A stretch of 64,000 bases of DNA from Podarcis melisellensis (taxonomy: Eukaryota), in the NCBI GenBank assembly GCA_964234715.1, contig OZ174276.1. One strand, given 5' to 3'. The notes under the pieces were generated by a model. It searched no databases and was not told where the DNA came from. It saw only the letters and a list, made by a program, of their open reading frames with translations. The position numbers were made by a program, and so were the translations under genes. This document shows, one piece after another, positions 1 through 12,400 of this stretch. Each line of letters opens with the position of its first letter. Position 1 is the stretch's first letter.

Positions 1-148
1 GTCTTAAAATAATAAAATCAATATTTTAACATTGAGAAGATTAGTTTAAAAAGCATTGATTTCCTGGAACAACAGAGGAATATGAGGCAATGTATTAATA
101 TTCTAATTTATTCTATGACAAACAAGAACAAGCTATTAGGTTACATAC

Positions 149-305
149 CACTTTCAATCATTTCCATGACGACATCTCTAGCGTGCACATCAATAGTAAC
201 CAAAGCACCCAGTGTGGTCCTTGTTTGTTTAGACAACTTCCCTCTTACCAGCTCCACAATATCATTTAACTGAAACTGAAGGTTAGCGTAATAATTCTTT
301 AAGCC
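149..305 (-). CDS. DNAH12: DNAH12 exon ([46 protein letters not shown]...)
   Basis: Manual translation; splice sites. Confidence 0.92.
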
Positions 306-3300
306 CTGCAGAATGAAAATGGATTTTGATAAATTCTATCTGCCACAAACAACTACCAAGAGGAAGCTTAGTGGTCTCTCTATATTATTATCCTGTGATT
401 TATTTATTCAAAAGCTCATTAGTGATTGCTATACCAATTTTTAATATAGATGCCCCAGTCAGGTAGATCTGGCTTGCATAACACATTCCCATTCATGTTT
501 ACTGTTCTTTTGCTATTATGTTATGTATTTTGTGTTTTCATGTTGTAAACCACCCTGTAATCTTCTGATGAAGGGCAGTATATAATTAATGAATAAATAA
601 ATAAATAAATAAATAACCAGCACATATTGTTCTGTGAGCAAGAACATGGTCTCTGCACCAAAATGGGTGCAGCTCTTGGAAGCAGAAGAAGCCGGTATGT
701 GTGTGTGTGTCTAAAGCTCCTGTGCTAAAAAGACAATTGCTGGATTGGGATGCTGGTATTTAATATTACAAAAGTATTCATGCTATTGCGAGTTCATAGG
801 GTAAAATGAACAACAGCTTCTCATATATACTAGAGCTGAAATTCCTCAGAAGACAATTTTCAGTGAAAAATCCTCAGGCTTTTTTTCTCCGGAAATTTTC
901 TCCACAAACAGGGTGAAACATTTCAAGAGCTCATTTGTGCACATTCAGTATCTGACATTTATCTGACCTTCCAAATATTTAGTTGTATTTTACCTGCCTA
1001 TTAGGATTCATTTTTAATTGTTGTGTTCAGTTTTACTTCAAGGGAAAAGGAGGAAAATTAACATGAAATATTTATTTTATGAAATTATATCAAGCATTAT
1101 TAATTCAAAGAGGCTGGTGACAATTCCATAAACATCTAAATCAAATATGGCTCAGTTTGAACAAAGTACCAAAATAAAGCCAGGAAACATTAAAAGGAAA
1201 CAAAAAGCTTTGTGCAGTCACCATACCTCTGGGCCACTAGCTATGGCTTCATGTACTTCACTTGTCCAGAACATTTGTGAGACACAAATAACTACTTGAC
1301 CAGGCCATTCTCTCACCCAATCTTTTCTTTCTGTTTCTGGATATGCCTAGGAAAAGTAAAACACATTGCCCAACAGGATCACTACTAAGCACTGAAACTA
1401 TTATGCTGAATCATTTATACAACCTATTATGAAATCATAGTTGTTGTTGTTGTTGGCATCCATCAGTCTCAGGAGGAGGAGTGTGTCTCTGCAGGTGAAG
1501 TCAAATTGTTATGAAATCACTCAGTGCTCACTCCCTTGTAAAAAGTACAGTGGTACCTCAGGTTAAGAACTTAATTCGTTCTGGAGGTCCGTTCTTAACC
1601 TGAAACTGTTCTTAACCTGAGGTACCACTTTAGCTCATGGGGTCTCCCGCTGCCGCCACCACGCGATTTCTGTTCTCATCCTGAAGCAAAGTTCTTAACC
1701 CGAGGTACTATTTCTGGATTAGCGGAGTCTGTAACCTGAAGCATCTGTAACCTGAAGGATCTGTAACCCGAGGTACCACTGTATAGTGTTTATGTCTGGG
1801 TCTCTCTCCAACATCTTCCATATCAACCAGTGCAAAAAAGTCATTCATTAGTCTCGCCCTCCTCCTTCTATAATGCGTTCACATCACAGATTTCCACAGA
1901 TTAAAAACAGGTAACTGTGTCCAGTATTGTAAAATATTTGTATCTAGGTTGTGTTTTAGATCAGTGATAGGGAAGGGTTCGTTGAACTCATCTGAAGCGA
2001 GTGTCTCAGGGGCACTAGCAGTATCATGAGGAGAACTGGGCAGTGTCCACTGGAGAAATTAAAGTTCCCCAGATGTTGCCAGACTACAGCTCCCATCATT
2101 TCTGACTATTGGTCATACTGAATTGGGCAGATGGGAGAGTTATGAGTCCAACAACACCTAGAGGGCCGCAGCTTCCCCACCCCCACTTTAAACGTAATAC
2201 AGTGGAACCTTGTGTTACGGACAGGATCTGTTCTGGAGGCCCGTCCGTAACATGGAACTGACACAAACCATGGAACTGACACAATTTAGCACTTCTGTGC
2301 ATGCGCGAGTAGTGAAACCCAGAAGTAACCCATTCTGGTACTTCCAGGTTGTCGCAGGACGCAACATGAAAACACATAACCTGAAGTGGAAACAACATGA
2401 GGTATGACTGTATATCAGAAAATCCCCCCTTTTGTTCTCATTTACATTTTACTAAGAAAGAATTCAATATATTAGTTGCTATAACAATCCAGTTTTATAT
2501 GTTGGATGACAGTAAGTGGAACAATACAGAGCTAAGTCCTCACAGATACAAAATTCTCATTGACTTCATTGTTCCATTATGATTTGTGTGTGTGTGTGTG
2601 CAATTCTGCCTCTAGTAACTTCAGTTTTTACTTGCTTAAATAGCAAGAAGAAAAAAGAATAGGATTCTAAAAACAGAACAGAACTAGCCTGAAATCAAAT
2701 AAACGAAATGCATGCATGTTTGGCAAGATCAGATTCTATATATTTAGTGGAAAACATACCAGTCTTGATCTTGTAATGACATCATGTATACTTTTCAGCA
2801 TGATATCTTCCACTTGTATTAGCCACTTCTCCACAGCACCTCGAGCTTCAGAAGTTGAGATAGTTGAAATAAACTCCACCCGTTCACCTTCAGTGCTGAA
2901 CATTGACTTAATGTCCAGATTGGAAAGAAATTCCAGTTTAGAAATGCCCTCAAAACACTTTTTCAAGTGAGGCTGGACTCTGAGAGGGTCTTTAGTCTCT
3001 GACAGGATCTCCAACATTTCATCATTAGACAAGAAGAAAAAGCTGCAAAGAAAGTACAAGTGCATTAAGCTTCTATGACTGCATGTATTTGCTTGGAATC
3101 AAATACTAATCAAGAATAATAAATATTTATTCTAGCTTAATGACAATCAACACGCAGCATACCGAGGGAAAAAGAGACGCTTTTTCTCAAGATATGCATT
3201 CAGTCCTCTCATTATTTTGTCCAGAAGTTCATTACAATTCTGAAGCTTTTCCAATAAGCCCGTCAATGAAGTAGCAGCAAGAACCTAAAAAACAACAGGG

Positions 3301-6300
3301 TATTTAATAAGCACACCAACTACAGTGGAGAATAAAATTGTAATACAAACAAAATATCAATCTATTGGTCATATAAAAAGACATTGTTTTCTGTTCCACC
3401 CTGCATCCATTGCCTGCAGTGCTGTTGCCTTTTTGCTGCAGCCCACACCATTAATTTCACTGGGTAGAGAATGTGAACTGGGTGGGGAAGACCCCCAGTA
3501 TACTGCAGATTGGGGAGAAATGAAGACAGTGAGTACTGATTGTATTTGCCCACCTGATCTCTGCCCGTTTGTAGATGGACCCACTAACTCTCACCCACAA
3601 CTTTTGTCAATTTTAAAAATCTAATTATTAGTCTCAAGTATACTGACGTTTTTAGTTACAGTCTACATTTTCTTTGAACTCGTAAATATGGTTGGGATAC
3701 AGAGAGCCTTGAGGGCAGTGCTATTTTTCTAGAAAAAGAGGTGCAGGAACTCACCATGAATGCCTCCCAATGGCCCCCTCCTGAGGTGCCGGAAGTAAGT
3801 TCCAGCAAGTTGCCCCTGAAAAAAGTTCTGTTTGAGGGTATGTGTAAGATCTTCAGTGTGCTAACAAGGTCTGCCTTGATTTTAATTCTGACTATTTTCT
3901 ATTCTCTGGCAGATACGACTTTGTGGTGGGCACAATGGCTATGAAAAGAAAGAAGAACCTGAAATGTTCTTGTGCATAGTTTAAGAACTTGTGGTTTGTT
4001 TCACCTGCTAACTACAGGCTCATCATTACTACTTCACCTTGGGGTCTTTGGCACAGTATTTCATAATGTCTTTCCAGTATCTATCCACCGTCTGGAACTG
4101 ACGTCCCTCCTCTGGCATCTGTTGCATGATGTCCTCTGAAGAAAATATTGGTTCTAAGTAAAGCCACTGAGCCTGTACTTTCAACCACTCATCGATAGTC
4201 TCTTGAATCCTAATCAAGCGATCTTCCCATTCCTTAAAAAACACAGTATAGTTATTTGCGTAAAACATCCATGGCATGTAAAGCAAAAGACAAAAACAAA
4301 AGGCATGAAAATAAAACAACTGATATATATACAGTGGTACCTTGGTTTTCAAACGTCTCCGTTGACTATTTCAGTTTTCGAACGCCATAAACCCGGAAAT
4401 AAATGCTTTGGTTTTTGAACGCACGACTTCCATATTGAGTTTTTAGTTTTCAAACATTTCGGAACTCAAACGGTCTTCTAGAACGGATTACGTTTGCAAA
4501 CCGGAACACTCACTTCCAAGTTTGCGGTGCTCCGGAGCCAAAACATTTGACTCACAAGTCCCTTATTCTTTAATTTTGGGGACAATCTGAGCTACTACTT
4601 CTGACCTCTTAACCATGGCTGAGAAGAAGGCCACTCTCTTCCTGCTTGCACAAAAAAATTTCCCAGACCTCACCAGCTAGTTTTAATCATGGTTAATGTT
4701 TACATCAGGGCAGACATGAACCATGGTTAATGCTTACCAGAGTTTCAGTTTCGTCTGAACTAACCCAACAAGTTTAGATGTAGGGTTATATTTTAGTTGC
4801 AGTGATTTAAACACATGAATGACACACTATTTTGCTTCTTATAATTGAATTGTAAGCTTCTTGGGGTCTCATGAGATACAAACAAATCTGAAAATAAATT
4901 TATGAATTTAAGGTTTTTTTAAAAGTCTCAAGAGAAATTGTTACCTTCCTTCAAGAGCCTCAAAAGTGTACTGTATATGTAAACACACTTTACAAAGGAA
5001 GTGAATAAAAATAAGCTGTGTAAATAAAAGTTTACAAATACCTTCATTTGTTTTTCAAAAGGCTTTATGAACGGCGATCCCCTCATTGTTTGGGTTTTTA
5101 TAATCTGGTCATCCAGAATAGTCTGAATTTCATCGACTGCGCACAGAATATTAACACCAGTCTCACGGTATAAGCTTATTTGGAAGGAAATTGAATCCCA
5201 GGTATCCATCATAGTGTGCATTGCTTTCTCTAATGAGAATTCCTACATCATAGGGAAATAAATGGTGTTATTATTATTCATTTCAAACAGATTCTTATGT
5301 ATGAAATTTCATCATATCTGATATCCTTCAAACGTTGTTTGAAGACACATCTTTTTAGAATGGACATTAAATGGCCTTCTTATAATTGGTGTTTAAATTG
5401 GGATATCAGGTAATGAAGCTACTGTCCAATAGTTTTATTGTTCAAATGCAATGGGTTTTTAAAGATATATGAAATCTTATATTAGAAGCATAAAATTGTA
5501 GAGCAGGAAGGGGCTCTGAGGATCTTCTAGTCCAAGCCTCTGCAATGCAGGAATATGCAGTTGTCCCTTGAAGTTTCCCAACCTTGTGCCTCCAGCTGTT
5601 TTTGGACTACAATTCCCATCATCCCTTGCCACTGGTCTTGCTAGTCAGGGATGATGGGAGTTGTAGTTCAAAAACATAGTATGGGACTGAACATGCAACC
5701 TTGGCATCATCAGCACCATGCTCTAACCAACCGAGCTATCCAGGCTGGGTAGTTATATTAACTCAATTGTTAAATTAACAATTTTGACAGTTTTATGGAC
5801 TGCACATCACTTTCTGAAGCAACTGTCCTAAGAAGCAGAATAGAAGTCTTTTAAATAAATAATAAACCATCTGTGCTGGGGCAGAAAAGCTTATGCTTGT
5901 ACTTACCTTGCTTGCTCCCATACTTATAGTTTCAAATTTCTCTAGGAAAGGGGTCAAGTTCTGCTTTAAAACCTTTCTTAGGGTAGTTCCAGAATCTGGA
6001 GTTAAATCATAGCCAACAATTTCTGACATCTGTTTCCAGTGACGAGCCCTTATGCCTGGGTTACAAAGGATAGTCACCAAAGGGATATTTTCCTGGTTGA
6101 GAAAAAAATATTGCAAAACAACTGTCACCGTTGTAACTAAAATCACTTGGAAATTATGTTTTATTCATCTAAAATCTTTAATCCTAGAATTGGAAAGTTG
6201 AAAGAGGCCACAGGATCATCTAGTCTAACCCCCTGCAATGCAGGAATCTTTTGCCCAATGTGGAGCTCAAATCCACAACCCTCAGATTAAGAATCTCATA

Positions 6301-9300
6301 TTCTATCGACAGAGCTATCCCTTGGATGTAGCTTAGATCTTCAAATAATTTCTAATGTATCTTATTATTCAATGTTATGGATGTGGGGGATTGCGAGCTT
6401 TCATGAAGAGGCCACATATTTTTTTCAAGTTCTCAAATATTATTTGTACAACAGACTCTAAAACATTTTCCATGTTAAGGCCATCTTATTTTTATAGATC
6501 GCCAGTTACCTTGAAATCTTTAACTTGCTCCATTACTGCAGTGCACATTGAAATAGTTGGGCTGTCCTTCTTTTCTTCCTCTACTCTCTCTTCTACTACT
6601 GCTCTCCGCTGCAGTGACTTTTTTCTCTCTAGTTCAGCTTTCTTTAGCTTTTGTTGAAAGAACCTTACTGTCTTATAAATTTCTCGAAAAAACTCATCTA
6701 CCTCCGTTTCCATACTTTCACCATTGAGATCTAAAAAAGCACCATCCATCCATCTAGCAAAAGAAAAACAACATTTTTAATGCATCATGGGTCATAAAAA
6801 GAAACCCATCACATAACATGGTGAAGTAAAATATAAACCATAAGACATCAAGAATTACAGCCTTGTTACATTAGCCAGGAATGCATACTTCTGGACAAAA
6901 AGAATTACTTAAAACAAAGAAGAATTTAATTTTAAAAAAGAAACTTGGTCACACATTTTTCTATGACAAATAAAAGCACCCTTGAAATTTCAGTCACTTT
7001 CTGTACATATAATTACCTTTTTTCAGTCCGCTGCCATTTCAATATAAAAGCAAAAAGTTTTTGGTAGGGCTCAATGTTAACTTTTAAGGTCTCCAACTCT
7101 GGGTATTCAGTCTGCTCCCAATTAAAAAGCTTTTCTTCCTTGTTAATGAAGGCAACAGTTTCGTCAGCATCTTGAAGGCGTTTCTGCATTGTTCTCATGT
7201 CGGTCACATACTGGAAACAGATTTATCTCTCTTGAGAAATACTGGGCAATTCACTTAATAATGTAGTAGTCCTTAACTTTACAAGGCAACAGACTGTATC
7301 CAATCTTCTCACCTGTGAGTGCAAGTCTCTTGTGCTAGCAGATGGGAGAGTTTTAATGTTGTGCAACAGACAAATCCAACTGCACTAGCCTTCAGTTAGA
7401 CATGTACTTGGGAGTAAGCCCTACTGAGCTCAGTAGCACTTCTAAATAAATGTGAATAGTGAATTCCCCTAGTTTAATGCAATAATCTTTTCAAGAGGTT
7501 TTGAGAGACTGACAGCTGTTGCTTGTGAGATGAGTGGTTTGATGGTGGACTACCAGCTGCTGCTGCTGAGTACCATGGAATAGTAGAATGGGACCAAATG
7601 CCCTTTCTATAAGGTGCAGGATGCAAGTAGAGGAAAGGTAACTGCTACTTCAATATCATACATGAAGATGTCTAGTGAGTGCCTGCAAGGAGAAAATATA
7701 CTAGCCCTCATGCCTCCGCCCATGCCAGTTAACATTCTTTGGTAAAGACGTTGAGTCCCTTATCTTGAAAACAGAGATGAGCGCCGCATATCACAGTCAA
7801 ATGTGACTAAACATAACAGTCCAGGGGCCCTTTACATTGCCTTTACCATTCAATGGAGCTTCAGTGTGGAATTTGGAAGTGTACTAGTGAACCACTGTTA
7901 AAGGGCTATTTTCAAGCCTAATTGTTGTGTGGAGGAGTGATCTTCATGGAGATTGCAGTACAGGGTCGGGGAGGCTGACTCTTACCTCCATAGATGCACT
8001 CTCTTGGAAGATCCCTCCCCACACATTAGGCTTGAAAAAAGTCAATAACACTTCTTTTCAAGACTAATTGCTGTTGGTGAAAGTGTGAGTGTGTGGTTAT
8101 GATTAATGTTGTTTATGCAGTTGTCATGTGTGCATGGTTGCAGGGTGTACAACAGTTTTCCTGGTTTGAGCCTAAAAAGCTTTGTGACCCCGATCCAAGC
8201 AACGAAATTCCATTATGATGTTCAATAGCAAAGTGCTAAATTTAATTAGCACTATAGCACATAGATAAAGCTTCATCGTTACACACAAAGAATGTGTATT
8301 CCTTATGCAAAGTAAAAAATCCCCTTTACACCATGTGCCACAGACCTGTTGCATGCGATCCAAATCCTGGTATTCTGTAAACTCATGCATACGACGAGTT
8401 TGCCTATCTATTTCCAGTATCAGTTTCTCACGTTTGGCCAATAAGTCACTTTCACCTTTACGTTTAGACCTTTCAATAAGCTATAAGACAGAGAAGTAGT
8501 TAGTGGCAGGCATCCATGAGGATCAAGATTTGTGAACATTATCTAGAGTCACTACACTACACGACATCAGACCAACTTCAGTTGTCCTCTAATGTTAGGC
8601 ATGACTCACAAAAGGCTTCAAAACAAAATCAGCTCTCAAGAGTATCAGTATTTCCAATCCTGCAGTCTAAGCATTGCTTTTTTCACATAGTGTAGTATCT
8701 GATATAAAAATGCATATATTTACTTCATCATTTTCATCAAAGATGGGATTAATATTCTGAGGCCATAGTAGGACAGTGGCATTCAATGACAAGCCTTCTG
8801 GGTCAAAGGTAAAAACATCTAGGAGGTAGTTCATTCGCCGTTGACTTTCCTAGAAAAGTAAATAAATAATTTATATCTATTTTTAAATTAACAGGAGCCA
8901 CCATTTCTTGCAGCCTGTCCGAAAGTTATCTTTCCTCAAAGGGGGCCTCATGCTAGGAGGCCCACAAGTAGCTTATAGCCCACCAGACAGTCTGAGTTGC
9001 TCTTAGGCCCACTGCCCACCTTCCCCTCCAGAACAGTAACTAAATACAATGGGTCGGCAAACAGGAGCTGCTGCTGCTGCTGCCCCAGAAGAGCCCACAT
9101 ATTTAAAGGGGAGAGATTCAAAAGGCAAGCTGAACCCAGTGGGATAATGCAGCTTCCTAACTGGATGCAGTGAGGCGATGCAGTCTTTACCCTGCTCCTG
9201 GATGAATGGATGGGGTTTTGTTCTCTCTTTACTGAGACAATGAAAGGGATGCTTCAGAGTTCAGTTGAGAAAGACTGGTGGGATCTTCCTTTTCTCCCTT

Positions 9301-9449
9301 CCTTCCCAAGAACCCAGCATAGTTGGGATTTCTGTACATACTTGTGTTCCATCTCCCCACCCCAAGATGTCTTAAGGAAAGAGCCCCTCCCCTTTTAGTG
9401 CATGTAGAACTTTCAATTGTTTGTTTTCCCTTCTCTCTTATCCCATAAT

Positions 9450-9480
<31 letters not shown>

Positions 9481-12400
9481 AATGTTAAGTCCAGCAAATT
9501 TGTTTTTCCTTTGCCCAGCCATCCAAAGTCACTAGGAGTTGTGGCCAGGTAGGGGAAAGAAGCCAAACCAAAATGGTTCAGTAATTTCCTTGAGGATTAT
9601 ATGTACCTACCCCTCAGGTTGGATAGGGTTGCAGCTGTACAGCCTGAGCAGGTTTACTTGGTGAGTAAAGCTTCTTGGGTTCTACTATGCTGGCGCTTAC
9701 CGTACGCATAGTGACAAAAGGCAGAAGGAACCGCACAAAATGAAAAGCCAGTTGAAGTTAAATGGCTTTAAATCAACATCCCACCTATCATTGTGCATTT
9801 AGTTTTAAAAAACAACAACCCAACCCTAAAAGTATATGATACCTTACCTTGATCCTTTCATATAAACTGTGGATTCCTACGGTTTTAGCCTTGTCTATAT
9901 ATACTATGCTTTCCATCATTTCTTCTGTTGTCTCGGGAGGTTTTAATGCACGTACTTTGATGGTCTCAAATTCCTTGCATATCCTAAAGGAAAATATTAT
10001 GTTGATATATGCCGAAGTTTAAGAGACATAATTTGTTTTTTCATACGAACCATAAACATTATTATTTAATTTATCTAATCGGGGGGATCGGGGGGGGGAG
10101 CAATTGCATTTAAGGAAGCTCTACTGAATTCAACAGAGCTTACTCCCAGGTAAGTGTATCTGTAAATGCAGCTTTGAAGATGGGGGGAAACACACATGGC
10201 TATGACTGCCACCTAGTGCTCAAGCTTCAAGACAGAATACAGAATCCATAAGCTGTGAAAATAACTCATCTGGAAGCAATGCATCACCACTCAAAGCAGT
10301 TCATCCACCTACCACTATGGAAGGCAGCTTTGACAGAACTATTTGTCTCAGTCCCAACTTGCATTTCAATGGCCTTCAATAGCCAATCTCACTGACACAT
10401 TGGATGGCACATTTCTCCACCATCTTCCAAGGCACAGGGCTACCCACCTTAGGTCAAGTAGACCTACCTCCCTTCACAAACTTTCCCCAGCTATTTGCAT
10501 AGTCTTTTGCACCATTTAAAACTTAGTTGTTGCTGTTTTGCTTATAGGATTTTATTTATTTACAGATTTACTTATTTTCAGCACTTGCAATGCCATCTTC
10601 CAGGAATGAGCCTTCCAAGGTGGCTCACAATATATGAAAGCACAAATTATTATTTGTAAAATTACGGTCTAAATGCTTAGCAGTATTATAATCATCAGCA
10701 TTTAATATGACATAAGACAGTTAAACATATGCTAAATACAAAACCAAGAATGCTAGTAATGTGAAAATAAAAAGAGCCACAGTTAAATAAGAAAGACTAA
10801 GATATCGATTAAAAGCAGAATCAGTAGTTTAACTGAGAACTGGCACTGTCATTTCAGCAGCTGCTAACACTTCACTGCAGTGGCAAGGGTAGTTATTCAT
10901 GCTGGAAAAAAGATATGAACACTGGAAGTCTAGCACCCAATTCTATACTGTACCAGCAAAGGCTGGTCTCCTAGAAGGGGCATTGCCCTATCCAGCAACT
11001 TCAGTCTTCCTTCATCCAGCCTTTCCCCCCATCTGCCTTCTTACTTACATCTAGGCCAGTTCTCCTCCTTGGTCTTAGTGTTGTAACTGTAGAACTCACC
11101 AAGGAGAAGGATGGAGGCAAAACTAGAATTGGGAATCCCCAAGAAGGCTTGTAGCCCCGGGATTGGTGGTGGGACAATGATAAGTAGTCAGAGGGAGAAG
11201 AGCAAGAAGATTGGGAGGATATGTCAGAAGCTGAAGAGGTAACAGGGTTTAGTGAGGAGGGAGGGTCTGGGGCAGGAAGAAGTCCAGAAGCAGAAGGGGA
11301 AGGGGAAGCAAGAGAGGAGGGAAACTAAGAGGCAGAGATGAGTCAGGCTGATGAAGAATCGCAGGGATCTCCCCCTCCTGTTGTGACAAGTTCCCCCTCC
11401 CCCCTGGACTCCCAGAAGCATGAAGCAGGAGGACCAAAGGCAGGCACACTGGTATAGTCTCAGATGGCTTGGGAGAAACCTGGAGAGGAAGAGACCTGGG
11501 CAGCTGTAGGAAGGCAGGGACCTTTAGTCTCTGCAAGACCTACTGAAGAGAGTCGCTGTGCTCATTAGACCTAGCACAGAGAGGGACAAGATTTTGGGCC
11601 TACATTACAGAAAATCACTGGACATTTTGGGTAAAAGAATTGAAATTTACAAGGATATTCCTAGACAGCTCTTGGATTTGAGATCTGAATATTTGGAACT
11701 AGCAAAACTACTGAGGAGCAACTCAATCATCTTTAGGTGGGACTTCCCTCAAGGACTATCTTTTACCTTTAGAGGGAGGAAGATTAAAATTAGAACATTG
11801 GAAGATAGAGACAAATTTCTGAACCAGTACGGAGAAGACCTTCATAAAGGACTTGGATCATTGCCGGAGCCTGGAGCACCAAAGGAACCGGCACCCTTGG
11901 ATCCTGAAGACAAGGTACCACCCCCTGAAAAATAACCAGATTTAGACTTCCGGGTTAGCGCGATCTGGAAATGGCGGATTCCCTCCGAGCTGCGGAGGGA
12001 ACCGGCTTCACGGAGGACGGGTCTTGCCGCGCCGGCGACGCGGGGACCCTTAAAAACCGCAGGCGCTGAAGCCTGCGGACGGGAAGACTCGGTGGGCGCC
12101 TTAAGCACCCCCCCCGACCCTTGAAAAAGGGTACGGAGGGTAGTGTGGCGCTGAGAGTCGATCGACACCTCGGTGAAGCGAAGCCGTGAGCCACGACCGG
12201 AGAGCGCTGACTTTCTCCCTGAAAATCTGGACTGAAAGAACTAACCCGTGAGTAAACGGAATTTGGATTTAAAAAATTTTTTTCCTTGAATTTGAGACGA
12301 CAGGAGGGTGTGCTAAAAGGGAGTCCGCACCCCCCCTGATTACAGACAATTCTAAAACAAAGAACTTAAAAACTAAGGCGGGAAAGATTAGTTATACACC